A DNA stretch of 64,000 nt, from NCBI GenBank assembly GCA_040954595.2, contig CM082597.2, forward strand, positions 2,650,165 through 2,714,164, read 5' to 3'. Numbering within the stretch: the stretch's first letter is position 1; each line of letters starts with the position of its first letter. The notes beneath the pieces are model-generated. The model was not told the DNA's origin. It did not search any database and was given only the letters and a program-made list of their open reading frames with translations. Of this stretch, positions 36,555 to 49,627 are shown piece by piece. A program made the position numbers and the translations under genes. The stretch is from Balanoglossus misakiensis (lineage: Eukaryota > Animalia > Hemichordata).

Positions 36555-38618
36555 TCATCTTTGCAGTGTGACAACTTTGACGACATTGTTGCAACCTTCA
36601 CTGATAGCCAGGCATGCAGGCTTTGTTCTCCTGACCGCGACGTAGAATGGAACGATGTCGCCTTCTTGGACGACTGTCTCCAGAAATTTCCCGCGCTTGT
36701 CGAACTTCACAACTTTGGCGGCGTCATCGCAGACGTACACGTTGTCGTCCCGATCCACTCCGATCCCACCTGGCCCGCTCAAATAATTGTCGCCAAACGA
36801 GGAAACGTAGTGTCCGTCCGTGTTCAGAATCTGGATTCGATTGTTGTCGCCATCGGAGACGAGAATCTGGTTGTGACTGGTTACTGCCAGCGAGGACGGA
36901 CAGTCGAACTCCCCGGGGCCGCTGCCACTTTTCCCGTACGTCGCTACGTGTCGCCCGTCAAGCGTGTACTTTCTGAGGCAGTGGCCGGTCTTCTGCAAGT
37001 CGCTAACGACGACGAACCCGTCTCGTGTCAGCACGACACCGTCTGGTTTGAGGCGCTCGTCTTGGCCGAAGGTCCTCAGCAGGTGGCTGTCCTCGTCGCA
37101 GACGACAATCTGACCGTTGCCGATGTCCGTGACATAATAAATGCCGTCATCGGACACAGCCACATTGGAGGGCTCGAAGGGGCGGGAAAATATGTCGAAC
37201 GTCAAGACTTTTCGACACTTCCCGTGCCAGTTCATGATCTGGACGCGGTGGTTGTCCATGTCTGCAACTACCAGTTCGTCTTTCTGGTTCACAGTCAGCC
37301 CGTTTGGAAAGGTGAATTCTCCCCTTCCTTTCCCGCTCTCGCCGAGTACCCTGACAGTTCCGCCCACTGAGTACATCTCGCCTGCTTCTTGAAAGCTCTC
37401 GAATTCTTCACTTTCAATCTTCTTACCTTTGGTGCTGAGGTCAGCATCGAGTCTCGCACATTCAGAACCGTAGATCTCGCTTGGTCCTGAGTCCGGCTGT
37501 GCGCCCCCATCGCCAGCTTCCTCACGAGCAGACGATTCAGAAGTTGTCAGCAGGATTTCGCCAAGTCTCTGTTCGACGAATTCCAAATTTGGTACGAAAC
37601 TCACGGTGGGGATTTCATCAGTGAAAATGCACGTCTTCGTCAGCAGGTAATTGACGTGCCGATGTACCGCCTTGTTGGTCGACAGACCACAATGTAGTCC
37701 GGCTGACTGCACGACGCCCTCCGTCAACTTCAGTGCACTGGTCAGCGACCGACTGTCATCTTCGAGGATTTCAAGCTGTGATTTGATCGCAAGCTGCCGT
37801 TGTTTGACGACACTTTCCAGCTCGCCTTTTAACTCTCCCTGCTTCTTGAAAACATCCTCAATGATTCGCTGCGTGTGCTGCTCAATCTGGGACTCGACGT
37901 CACCCCTGACAGATTCCAAGTCCTGGAACGTTTTATTCAAACCTTCCCTCCGAGCGACAACTTTCTGCTGCGCTTGCTCCAGTTCTCGCGCCAGGAATTT
38001 CAAGAGATTCTGGTCAGCTTCGGCCACCTGTGAGACACTTTTGTGCGCATGCTCACGATGCTTCCCAGCTGTACATGTTCTACATATAGGAATCTCACAC
38101 GTGGTGCAGTAAGCTATCACAGGGTTTTCCATGTGGTTTGGGCAGTACAAGTAACTCGCCGCTTTCGAGTCTTTTGTTCGACTTGTCTGCCCTTTTTGTC
38201 CCTCCAAGTCGACGACCCGGTGACCTTTATACTCTGCCCAGTTTACGTGCGTCGTTGCACAATGCTTGCACAGAACATGGCGACACTCCTGGCATAGGGA
38301 GGCCGCCTCGTTGACATGACAACCGTCGCAGGGACGGCTTCGAACGTCCGACAGCGTTTCGACATACTCGATCAGTTCCGCCAGTTGGTAGTTCGTCTGT
38401 AACGCTGTCACGCCACCCGACGGAAGCAAACAACGCAACCTGCAGTTGGGACAGGTCAATTTACCGTCGTTTTTCTTCACCCAACATGCCAGACACCCCT
38501 CGCAGAAACTGTGCAGGCAGGGCAGTACCTTCGGTGTCCTGTACACCTCGGAACAGATTGCGCATGACAGCAGCCCGTCCTTCATGTGCTGTTTCACTTC
38601 TGACACATTCGACGCCAT
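36555..38618 (-). CDS. TRIM-NHL E3 ligase (RING, B-box1, B-box2, coiled coil, NHL beta-propeller), TRIM2/3/71-like, uninterrupted ORF
   Basis: 687-aa ORF with CAIC...LPCLHSFCEGC...CPNC (RING), CDGC...CQEC...CKHC...H...H (B-box1), CPNH...YCTTCEIPICRTC...H (B-box2), a heptad region, and NHL repeats (GEFTFPNGLTV...VADMDNHRVQI; GEFDCPSSLAV...VSDGDNNRIQI). Start context AAGATGG. Confidence 0.95.
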   Translation of the reverse strand: MASNVSEVKQHMKDGLLSCAICSEVYRTPKVLPCLHSFCEGCLACWVKKNDGKLTCPNCRLRCLLPSGGVTALQTNYQLAELIEYVETLSDVRSRPCDGCHVNEAASLCQECRHVLCKHCATTHVNWAEYKGHRVVDLEGQKGQTSRTKDSKAASYLYCPNHMENPVIAYCTTCEIPICRTCTAGKHREHAHKSVSQVAEADQNLLKFLARELEQAQQKVVARREGLNKTFQDLESVRGDVESQIEQHTQRIIEDVFKKQGELKGELESVVKQRQLAIKSQLEILEDDSRSLTSALKLTEGVVQSAGLHCGLSTNKAVHRHVNYLLTKTCIFTDEIPTVSFVPNLEFVEQRLGEILLTTSESSAREEAGDGGAQPDSGPSEIYGSECARLDADLSTKGKKIESEEFESFQEAGEMYSVGGTVRVLGESGKGRGEFTFPNGLTVNQKDELVVADMDNHRVQIMNWHGKCRKVLTFDIFSRPFEPSNVAVSDDGIYYVTDIGNGQIVVCDEDSHLLRTFGQDERLKPDGVVLTRDGFVVVSDLQKTGHCLRKYTLDGRHVATYGKSGSGPGEFDCPSSLAVTSHNQILVSDGDNNRIQILNTDGHYVSSFGDNYLSGPGGIGVDRDDNVYVCDDAAKVVKFDKRGKFLETVVQEGDIVPFYVAVRRTKPACLAISEGCNNVVKVVTLQR

Positions 38619-40510
38619 CTTGTCTTCCCTTCCCTCGGCAATAAATGTTCTACCTGTGGCCAGGTAGCTGACCCTACTGAACCCAGGCTATTCAAAAGTG
38701 AAGCACCGGTGACGTCATTCTTGAACAAACGATAAGAACACTCAACAAATACCAGCAGTTAATCATGACTCCATGATGGACCAAACAACCTGAACCGCCT
38801 GCGGTAGCTTTTTACTTTTTAACTTTTTAGGCTAATATAAGTCACGGTCCCTCCACTGTTTATAAGTTATTTCTCTGGACGTTCTCATAAGTTGGTTTTA
38901 CCGTGTTCAATATTTGCGCTTAGTTCCTGTTCAAAGGCTGTCGACTATTCCCAAAGTTTGGGCGGGTTCACAATGTGCACTGTTGATAATATTTAAATCA
39001 GGTCACCGCGCTGTACTCTAGTATACTAAACACCTCCATATAAGCAATATATCTCTCTCTGCCACCGGTCACCACAGAAGATAAGAATGAGATAGGCCAT
39101 TTTCTCGACATATTCGTCCTTACGCACACTTCTACCTTGAAGAGTGCATGCTTGCCAAACGGGACTCCTAAAAAAACTTCAACCCGAGCTTGGTGGCGCC
39201 CTGCAGTTGCCACACATAGGGGCGCGATCGCTTGTTCGATCGGATACACTCGAAACCCTACGAGAAAAACTCCGACGTACATAGTCCACCAAAGTGATGA
39301 CGAACTACGATCGGCAAGCTGCCGAGATGTGGTTGGCGAATGGCCGGCGGCCAAATGCATTAGAGCGCCTAAATGGTACTGATTGTACCCGAGATCACCC
39401 CGCCGAGAGTTTACAATCTGCTCGTATTATTACATCTCTCCGCCAAAATTTGGCTATCGTACGGTTCTGTGGCGTTGGGTTTTAGTGCGTTCGCGGACTT
39501 GTTACTTGCCGTGGTTGTTTTCAAGCGATGCTTCTCTTTGCAAAAGCTGTTCGATTTGTTATGATAGTCGAGTAGGCAGGGGTTTTACAAAAAGGAAAAT
39601 AAAATTATATGGGCCGTCTGTTGTTGTGTTAACTATAATTTGCCCCCTAACGTTTACAGTGTAATAATAGTGGCACTTCTCGACATTACGCTATACTCGA
39701 TGCTTGTTAGAGTCATTCCTTTAAACCGTATATGACAACATGACAAACTTTCATTCGCTTACATTTCACCAATTCTTGCATGTGTTACGCGGTCGATTGA
39801 TTTAAACCAAACGACGGCATTTGTTGTTCGCTAAAGTTCAATTCCATTTTCCTATATCTATCTGGCACGTGTCTACTACGTTTGTGTGTGCCGTAGCATA
39901 TGTCAGTAACTGCTCCGAAGATGAGTTTTAAGTGCCTAGTAATAATCTGTAAAACTTTGACACATTTTTAATGTCCTCTCTATATCTCTCGTGTACATAA
40001 TGACGATAGTAACAAAACAACAACAATAACTTAAAATAACTGAGTCAGACGAACAATTCTGTATTTTGTGTTTGGCGGGAAACTGAGGCAGTGGACGACA
40101 GATAAGTACAAAGATAGAAGACATCGGAGTAAAAGTAGTGACAGATTGCCAGTCACAATGGACACATCGTTTTCCTTTTTGGCGGCATCTGATTAGGGCC
40201 CCCTAGGCAATTGAGTTTGCTCATTATCCTATAATGTTTTAACCTTTGATACATCTACTCATTTTTCATCGAAATGTTACAGTCTGTCGACGAAATTCTT
40301 TGCGCGCCCCGGTATCAAAGTAAGCGACTCTGTGATCTGTCAAACTATCCATCGCGCGCAAACCAGCGTCAAATAAGTTGATATGTAACATTTTGGGCTG
40401 TGATTGTCGAGTCGACTTGTGAATTCTGATCCCAAAACTGATATATGTTACGGCAGTCTGAGCAAAGTCTTTGTGCATGTCGAAAAGTGGTAACGAACCT
40501 TTTTGAGGCG

Positions 40511-40511
40511 A

Positions 40512-40550
<39 letters not shown>

Positions 40551-40551
40551 A
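40511..40551. repeat. (AAAT)n microsatellite
   Basis: Read directly. Confidence 0.95.
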
Positions 40552-41919
40552 CAACAGGAGATGATACTAAATGCGTGTAACTATAATTTCAATCCAGCTA
40601 GCCAATCTTTTGCCGCCCAACCTCTTTTATTTTAAGCCACCGACACACTTGATTATGCGAATTACACGTTAATGACTGAAATTATCACATGGAAGTCTTT
40701 GTTCGGTAGATAATGCACCGCACGCGCTGGTGATGAAGTTTTATGAAACTTCATCATCTGCGCCTTTCTATTCAAGAACTCCTGGTCGCCATCTTTCCGG
40801 CTCATCCCATTTGATTTATTAGAGAAACGATGATAGCCGATAGGCAAGGCGGATATCAGCTTGCAATTTCCTCTTGGTGGATATAGTAGAAGGCTCTGCA
40901 CATGGTAATCGCTCTTTTAACAAGATTAATGCAGTATTAGTTTCTCGACAAATTACAGATGGGGAGCCGAAATGATAGACTTGCTTATTAGGGTTTCCAT
41001 GACAATTGACTCCCTGCATCCAGAAGTAACTCAAGGGAGTGGGAATACTTGGAATTTTACAAAGCCTACAGTTAAATTAGTCCAAATTCTTCGATTTATA
41101 TTTGCCCCAAACTCCTATCATTATGAAATTGTGGTATTAATTTTTCATGTGAAATTTATACTACTAGAACAAAAAATCATTTTCCACTACCGTCTTACTT
41201 AATCGCTAATTGCTAATTTGGAAAACACATGGTCACTATCATCACCAGCGTTGAGACGACCTATGCCGTCTTACCTCCCCATCAAACCAGAGCACGCCAT
41301 CGCTTCAAGGTACACACAGAATCAAACAAGTGTTCGAGCAATTTCCATAGAACTATCGTTTCCGCGTTCACTTCCTCTCCGTAATTATAGTAATTAGTGT
41401 GTGGTTTTAACATGATCGCGAATTGCATCGTGTTGCGCAGTCGGAAGCGGTATTGTCGCGGTGGGCTGTCAATCAATTGTGCGTTGTACATGTTTGAAGT
41501 AATAGACTTGTGTTTTATAGGATTTGAATCCATACCTATACCACGCCAATTCACGTATATTGCAGTTTGTTTATCAAATTTGTTTGTTAAGGGGATATTT
41601 GGCGCCATAATAAGTCGTCTACGTCAAGGCGATAGGCAGCACATATCAATCATATCTCCAAGATGCATTCAACGGAGGAGGCTCTACGGCAAAACGACAT
41701 CTGCTCCCGGTGTGCAGTGACAAACAAGCTCTTCGAGAAAGTATTATTCCGTTTAATATGACACAGGTGTTCCGCCGTTGCAATTACTCGGAGTTCAGTG
41801 TGTTTTTCAGAATGTCCAATTTCCTGTGGTCGAATTGTTTGCTACAACTGCAGACCACATCTGAGGGAGTTTACTATTGTGAATGATATTTGAGGTCTGA
41901 CTTTAGCTTTGTTCATTTT

Positions 41920-41982
41920 GAGAGAGAGATTTGAGAGAGAGGGGGGAGAGAGAGGGGGAGAGAGAGGAGAGAGAGAGAGAGA
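41920..41982. repeat. GA-rich polypurine tract
   Basis: Read directly. Confidence 0.85.
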
Positions 41983-43652
41983 GTGGTGGCGCATTTTTTT
42001 ACGAGTGCTCAACAAAATGTATACGTCCTTGATTGGGTAAAGATTTTCCTGGTTATATCTCTGCTTGGCAACATTTTGTTCTTTGAGGCACGGTTCACAG
42101 CTCAAGGTGTGAGCTGAGAACGAAATCGGGGAGACAAAACTTCTTCTTTAGTCTAAATATTAACGGAATAAACATTGTCGAGAAAATTCATAACGAACAC
42201 ACTCAGAGCGACATCTTTTAAAATGAGCTTAGGGAGTACATGTGGTCTGAAAAGATTTGCATATCAATAGATGATTTCACGAATCACTGCACAGAGTTTG
42301 GCATTTTCTTTGACCACAGTTGGCAACTGTTACTATCGCTGCGCTCATGACCTTCACGAAAATGAGACATCACATTATATTTTATCTTCGGTCATCTCGT
42401 CTCGTCCCTTCCACTTGTCTGTCTGTCTGTCTCTAAAGTCACCCCACCTTCACGGTTAACCAACTGTATCCAACTAGTATAAACCTGCAAATTCTTGGTT
42501 GTATACCTCTATACATTTCCATGGCCTAATGTTCTGTAAGCCCGGATACTTTTTGAGCGATTGTGATTCAAGTTGTATATGCGTATTGGTGGTGTATCAA
42601 TGTCTTCTTGTTCAATTTTTGACCTTTCAGTGATTTTCTGTCTAACGCTAAACGGCAGTCTGTTTGTGTCACCGAGCCTCCGAAGTGTAGATGTATATCG
42701 CCTTCGAAGGCCATTATGTCTCGCCCATTCAACAGGATGATATTGGCGGAGAATAGATAACGTGGCGTCGGAGGGTCAGGAAGAATCCCTCCCCGTCAAC
42801 ATCTGTCGATTGTGAAGACCTTTTTACTCATTCGGACCCTTCTTGTGCGTGTCATATGTTCTATTTAAAGAAAGTAGTCCCGGTCAGAAGTTTAACACTC
42901 GGTGTAGTCTTCCACTGATTAGAATTGCTGTGCGTCCCAAGTACCTAACCACCAAAGCGCGTATGTGTACATTTACGACACTTTCCCTTTCTTAAGCGTA
43001 GTCTGCATACAACTACATTGTATCCCCGTTGTCATAATATAAAATATCGCTTGGATAGATTATTTTTTCCCATCGTATCAACTTTATGAGACAGCACTAT
43101 AATAAGATAACTGCTATGTGTTTTCCACACACATTTTATAAATAGGGCCGCATAATAACCGTAAAATGGAAAATTCACGCTCATATACAAGGCAAGATTC
43201 TACTAATCCGACTTTATAAAAATCTTGCATATGCTAGCATATGCACGTCGGCCACTCTCTTCACCAAGAAACTCTCGCTTTATGAAGGAATCAAACCAGC
43301 GCACTGCGGAAGTCCTTTTATATTAAAAAATCCCCTATGCGATTACGCGGTCCCTTGCGATAATCCGTCAAAGCCTAGCTTTATATTCACGGGGAGAGAG
43401 CTGTCAGTGTGGCCGCATCACATCCGTTGTTGTCCCGTTGTCTCGTCTTTCGCTCGGTGCCTTTTAATGGCGATGAATTGGAGAAGACTCTATTTCCGTT
43501 GTGATCGGGGCCTTTTCGTCATCGCCATCTGTCGGTTTGATTTTTCTTGTTGGAATATTCTGATAATTGGTTTTTAAAGAGACGAACTTAGAAAATCGAG
43601 AGACAGAGAGATGGAGCTTGCGGGAGAGATGAGACAGTAAGGCAGGCGGATG

Positions 43653-43823
43653 CATACATACATACATACATACATGCATACATACATACATACATACATA
43701 CATACATACATACATACATACATACATACATACATACATACATACATACATGCATACATGCATACATACATGCATACATGCATACATGCATACATACATG
43801 CATACACACATGCATACACACAC

Positions 43824-43858
<35 letters not shown>

Positions 43859-43860
43859 TA
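43653..43860. repeat. (CATA)n/(CATG)n/(CA)n/(CAGA)n compound microsatellite
   Basis: Read directly. Confidence 0.95.
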
Positions 43861-46800
43861 GATAGAGAGAGACTTCGTACTTAGACATACTTCGTACTTT
43901 AAGTTGTGTCAAACTGTAAATATAATGCCCATTATCCAAGTGTTACTCTCCACGAGATTTCAACAACGTTGCCCCTGGCGACGGCAACCTTTGATCTCCG
44001 ACGAGAGCGCGCGTATCAGTCAGTTGTTGCACAGACGCTCCGTGGCCAAACACCAGATACCGTCAAGGGAGCGCAAACATGATACCATACCACTAAATAT
44101 TTCACAACCCGATCAGCAAATCGACACTCAACCGGAAGTAGGATTTTTCCAGACAGTGCTTCTATTTCGGTGTCAAATGTCTTCCTCCAGGTGTCGATTT
44201 AACACTCGGGAGGTGAATACAGCCCCAGATGGGTTTACAGCGAATCTCAGAAATAATTTATTCATAATCGAAAGAGCTATGAAAACTTATCAGTACCGAC
44301 GGCCTGCGCGTATCAATTTCAACGGGTTGGGTATCCCGCCCTGTTCTTTAATTCATAATTATTATCATTACTGAACGCGCCTTTGTCCGAAATTTAAGAA
44401 AAATAATTTCTTCTACTATGAAACTTAGAATCTCATCGATAAGGGATTGAAAAACACATCAATGATTCATGTGTTGACATGCCAAGTAAACTCAAAGCAG
44501 AAAGTTCTCGTTTTTCGACTCTTCAAAAGTCCAAATCCAGCACGTCGAGTGATTGGCAGCGATCTCTATTTTGTCTCAATTTTGCTGCACAATTACAAAA
44601 TATTGTACGACGTCTTTCTTTCCTTCAAAATCACTCTGCGTTAAATTTTGATAGGTCTAAATTTCTCCGAGTTCCGCAAATGAATATTTTTCATCCAGTA
44701 CTGTTTTTTTTTTTACTTGCAAACACTCTCTTAGATATGTAAATATGACATACCGATTGCTGTTCCATAATTCCAAATATTATGAAGTGACTGTGACTTC
44801 TTGGAAAAGCGTTCTACAAAATAGGCGCGAATTGAAATCGTTTTATTGTGACGTGAGCATTGTTGGGCAATAATGCGCACGTCAGTGCATTAACTGCGTT
44901 CCAGCGCGCCACTTCAATCTGGGCTCTATATAATACCACGCAGCAGTTTTCATTTTGTGACAGATACCGTTTTTTGAACGCTCTCACACAAAAGCCCGCG
45001 TCAAAATAAGTGATTTGTCGCTCGGAGGATTTTGATGACGTACTGTTATTAGCGTTCGTTCAGCTTCATCATTTCATTTAGATCAATGATGGTTTCTCGT
45101 TTGGAGTAGACGATTGTCAACCCCGTTTTGTCAGTGGGAGGGCTGTCAGTCATTCTTACGTCACACCGGCACAGATAAATGAAACTTTCATCGACACAGT
45201 ACCTGCAAAGATCAGACGAATGAAAAATGAGAATGTTTTCACTCTCATATTGTCATAACAGCAAAGCCTTAATATTAGAAGTTAATTGTTGTGTATGTAA
45301 AACAAGAGATCGCTTAAAATCCCTAACCCTAAAAGTCAGTAGAACGAGCCGCCAAATCGTGCTGCGACGTGAGAGATACAGACAGAGAGAGAGAGAGGGG
45401 GAGGGACAGAGACAGGGAAGACTCAGTTCAACAAATGATCGAATTAAATTGTTAAAGGTAGAGAAACACAGGCAGAGAGAGAGAGTGACGACAGACAAAC
45501 GATTGAGAGGCGAAAGGCATAGAGAATAGTGTCAGTAGACATTGACACTGTATGGATTGGTATATCAGAAGTGGTAAGGTTAATATGAACCCAGGGTGAG
45601 ACAGACAGGCAATTGATTCAGGCACATTTTGAGACAATAACCGGTTTCTGCTGATATCCGATTGCTCGACGGAATGCACAAAGACATTGCCAATTACGAG
45701 GATTACGCTAGGACCCCATTGTTCTTGAGTTGCACGTCGTCGACCAAGATCAACAATGCATGTTCGATGATTGAAACCGTCTCAATAGAGCGCCACTCAA
45801 TCCGTTACGTTATAAATGAAACGTTGACGAGTCATTGTAATTGTCTAATTCCTCTTAATTTAGTAACGTGTACTTTTTTGAATAGAGATTTGTCGGCGTC
45901 TTTCGGTACTTCTACAGTAAGTGGATTCACAATTTTCGGGTGAATTCATTTTTATCGTCTATATTCAGTATTGAGGAAGACAATTTGGCGAGAACCTCCA
46001 AACTCATTGTCTTTAAGTCTCTATTGCTCTCCTCGAAACCTACCTCCAGTAATTACATTTACATGTTCACACATCTAATATAAACGCGTTTTGCAAAAAG
46101 TGGAAAATTCGAATTAATCTTCCCCACTCTATCCTAAGAAGTGGTTCCTGTAAGCACCGTTTTCTTTAATTGCAAACATTTCACGCGTCCAACATGTAAG
46201 CCTTGAATTAGGATACCATCATCGTCAGAAACTCGTAAAATGAATCACTTTTATAGCAAATGTCACGAAAAATGTAACAATTTTCTCCGACAGATTGAAC
46301 GGCGGGGATTGAACAGACGACGATATTTGTTCAGGCAGTCACATTACATTGGCGCGCAATATTTATAACGTCCTTCTGTGTTTATTCTCCAAAATGAAGG
46401 GCGGACAATTTCCGATGACCTTTCAGGTTGAAAACAAGATGAGTAAACAGTCAAAACGTTAGTGGGTCGTTCGCTTCGAAGATGTCTCCCCGTTCGCAAA
46501 CACATAAATCTTCTTCGTCAGCCTGAGAATGTCAGTATCATTTTCAGAAAACTTTTGATAGGACGTCAACTGGAAGAGTGTACAACTATACAATTAGAAA
46601 ATATTGAATGAATAAAAATATTCGGTATAGTCAAATCAGCGATGGGTTGTCGATGCAGGTCTTGGGGATAAATTTCATGTTCAATATCAAGATTGATGAG
46701 ATGAATGTCGCCGCGGAGCGAGGCGCCAAATTATCCTATAAAGCTCGTTTTGATCCCTAAAATACTATGACCGACAAAAAGTGGCATGAAATCGATACCG

Positions 46801-49039
46801 CAGCTCACTCTCCTCGGAGCAGGGAATGATAATATTCATAACGCTGTTGTAGCGTATCAAAATGTCAGTAGAAGCCATGTCCAAAGGGGACGCCATATGC
46901 TCCGTAAATCTCATCCATTCACTCGTCTGACTATCTTTTCACGTTGCAACAAATTGTCGTCTGCAAAAAAATTATCAAAAAGTGGTCTCTTTTTAAGTGT
47001 AAACGTTGCCAATATATCAATGATGCATAAATATTTAAAATTAAGAACAGTAACCAGCGAGAATCTTTAAAAAACGGCAAGTAAAGTTGTCGTTTGGCGG
47101 AGAATAATTTATGACACCGTTACAGTCCTTTGTGTGAAGAGATTACCGAAAGTCAATTTAGTTTTAGTGATATATCCATCTTCGGCTATCTAGTTGCAGT
47201 CTGTCGTCGTTTTTAGAGCAGATTTCAAATATAAATTATGCACTGCGCCTTGAAAGAACACCATCGAGAAACACACGGTTTAAACGGTCAAAGGTCATGG
47301 TTTTATGTCTCTTCTCGGTCTCCCTACGGCACGCGTGGGATATCCGCGATATTCACGCAGACCTTTCCATCTTCGTCGACATACGCAACGAGTACGTCAA
47401 CCGTCATATTGTGTTTTTTTTTTAAACTTTTGTCAGAATAACAAGCTGTATTATTTTATTTCAATTGACTGGGTTTTTTTCCTTGAACATTTAACTCAAA
47501 CTTACTTAAAACAGTTTCACACAACTGTATTCGAGTGACTTTTCGATAGTTTCAACAAGAAGTGTTCGTTTCAATGCTGCCGCTTGTATAAATCATTTAA
47601 AATTTCAATATATCAATTTTTTTCTGACTTTGCTTCAGTAGAGTTTAGTTATTTCAGTACTGACATATCGGCGGTAATTTTCATTATTTTTTCATATTTT
47701 CATATATTTTTGTCTACGATGATCATTTAGGCTAAACCAGAAAATTTTGAAACAAAATATTCCGAACGAACAACAGTTGGTGTATGAGAGCCATTTGTTT
47801 AATACCATTTTGCAATCTCACTCAGCGACATTAAAAATTATAGGTATTAATTAGTCCGCGCGTGTGGCCAGCCACGCGTCATGGTCGACTACAAGACTTG
47901 ACAATGAATTAAACAGGACGGCCTTTTAGCCGACAACATGTGGGAACAAAATTGAGTCACGTGCCCTCTTCATTCATTTGCCGCCTCGTAAAGATTTGCG
48001 CGCGAAATTGCTGTCGTATTCGCTTTTGAGTGTAACGTCCGGTAAATTGCTACATAAAAGATTAAACTGTACCCGCTGAAGCCGAGGGGTGCCCTTTACA
48101 TGGAGATGCGTGCGTGTTTGTTCCATAATTGTTACGTTTCTACCTATCCCTATTATTATGGTTGAGAATTTGTTTCCGTCAAGATTTTCTCCTGACACAG
48201 GGACAAGTCTCTAAATGTAAACACTGGCCGCTCTGTCATTTGTTAGATCTAGGAGTCTAGGAGTCTTAGAGCCAATGTCAGTTCAGACTATTGGAAATTT
48301 TGTCATAGAGGTTCTGAATAAATAATTCCAATTTTCTTTTTGATATCCCCTTTCCTGTAATATAGCGAGTTATGATATTTTATTTAACAATCCAAGAAAT
48401 TGCCAGATTGTTCGCGGTAACCCCCCGCCCCTGTACAATGCAAAGTACCGAACAATTGACATTTCGTAACGGAAGAGTAAGACGACCATGAAAATGGTGT
48501 GGCGTTGACCGTTAATTGGTAAGGTTACGCTTTGACAGGGCGCCATTCTTGTGCGGAGTCGCCGTTTCCGGCAAATAAAAGACGTTTTGTTTTGTGTTTC
48601 TTTGACTTTTTGACACGTTGTATCATTCATGCCGATCAGACGCACAGTGTAATTAGTAAATGGCCCAAGGCCCGCGCTGAAGTGGTTTCCCCAGCCCCTT
48701 ACTCTGAGTAGCATGATATTAAGTGCCCATTCTGTCATGTTAGCATTTGTAAAAACGCTCAATTGTTACACAATTCTGGGCAGCCTACAATTTATTTTGA
48801 GCACCCATCCGAAATTACACTTTCATGCATGATACAGGCTCGCAGAAATATTTAAAACCGGCAAAATCCTACACCGCTGTGGAAATAATTGAAATTATAT
48901 CGCCGCTAATGAGATATGTATGCATGGTACCGGGCCGCTATATCGTTCGCTGATTTCCTGGCAGCTAAGCAATGGGGTGTGACCCAAACTCCGTATTCGA
49001 TTAGCCAAACAGCGAATAAGAAGAAAGAACTGCCCGGTT

Positions 49040-49627
49040 GACAGGTCCCCTGGGAGACTTGCTCCCGTGTCGCCGGTGTATTACAATAACGTGAAGCCCT
49101 AGCGCTGCACAAATAACGTAGATAAACAATTGGGCCCCCTGCTCTTTTGTCGCAAACGAGGCTTCGTATAAAAAGGTGCGTTGAGAGCCTCAGTGACCGA
49201 CTGACAGCGAGGAGGGTCGGCGTGTTGTTAAACGACTTCTGTGAAAAGGAGGAAACCCTTGCTTGTTGCGACCAGTATCTCTAGTTCACGCGCGCGTGAC
49301 GACGCGCCGAGATACGGGAAACATCAGAAGGCCAGTGGGGCGTAGAGACGGCAACGCTCTGAGTGATATCGTCTTTATTTTTTCAGAGAAGCGAGTCGAA
49401 GTTCCCCGAAACAGCGCTGAGCACGACCAGGGAGAAATTGTTCGTTCTGTGACGCTACCGTCTGCTGGATTGTTGCCAAAACTACATCTTGAAGAAAAAA
49501 GGTATCAATAAGAAACTGTCACTTTCCCTGATATCCGAATTAGCAACATCAACTCCGGCGTTTTCTCCATCGGAAAGAAGAAGCGGACCGACATCTTAGC
49601 TGATCGCCTGGAGAAGATTTTACACAG
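49040..49627 (+). promoter_or_regulatory. Probable promoter and non-coding first exon of the NHLH gene
   Basis: EBF/COE consensus TCCCCTGGGA at 49046-49055; TATAAAAA at 49167-49174; CpG-rich exon-like stretch; donor CAG|gtaaga at 49627/49628; matching acceptor ttttttccag at 58154/58155. Confidence 0.55.

Noticed and set aside
36447-37370. 307-aa plus-strand ORF antisense to the NHL repeats (similarly 27920-28567 and 13131-13736)
   Set aside because: These are antisense shadows of GC3-rich coding sequence with no recognizable motifs.
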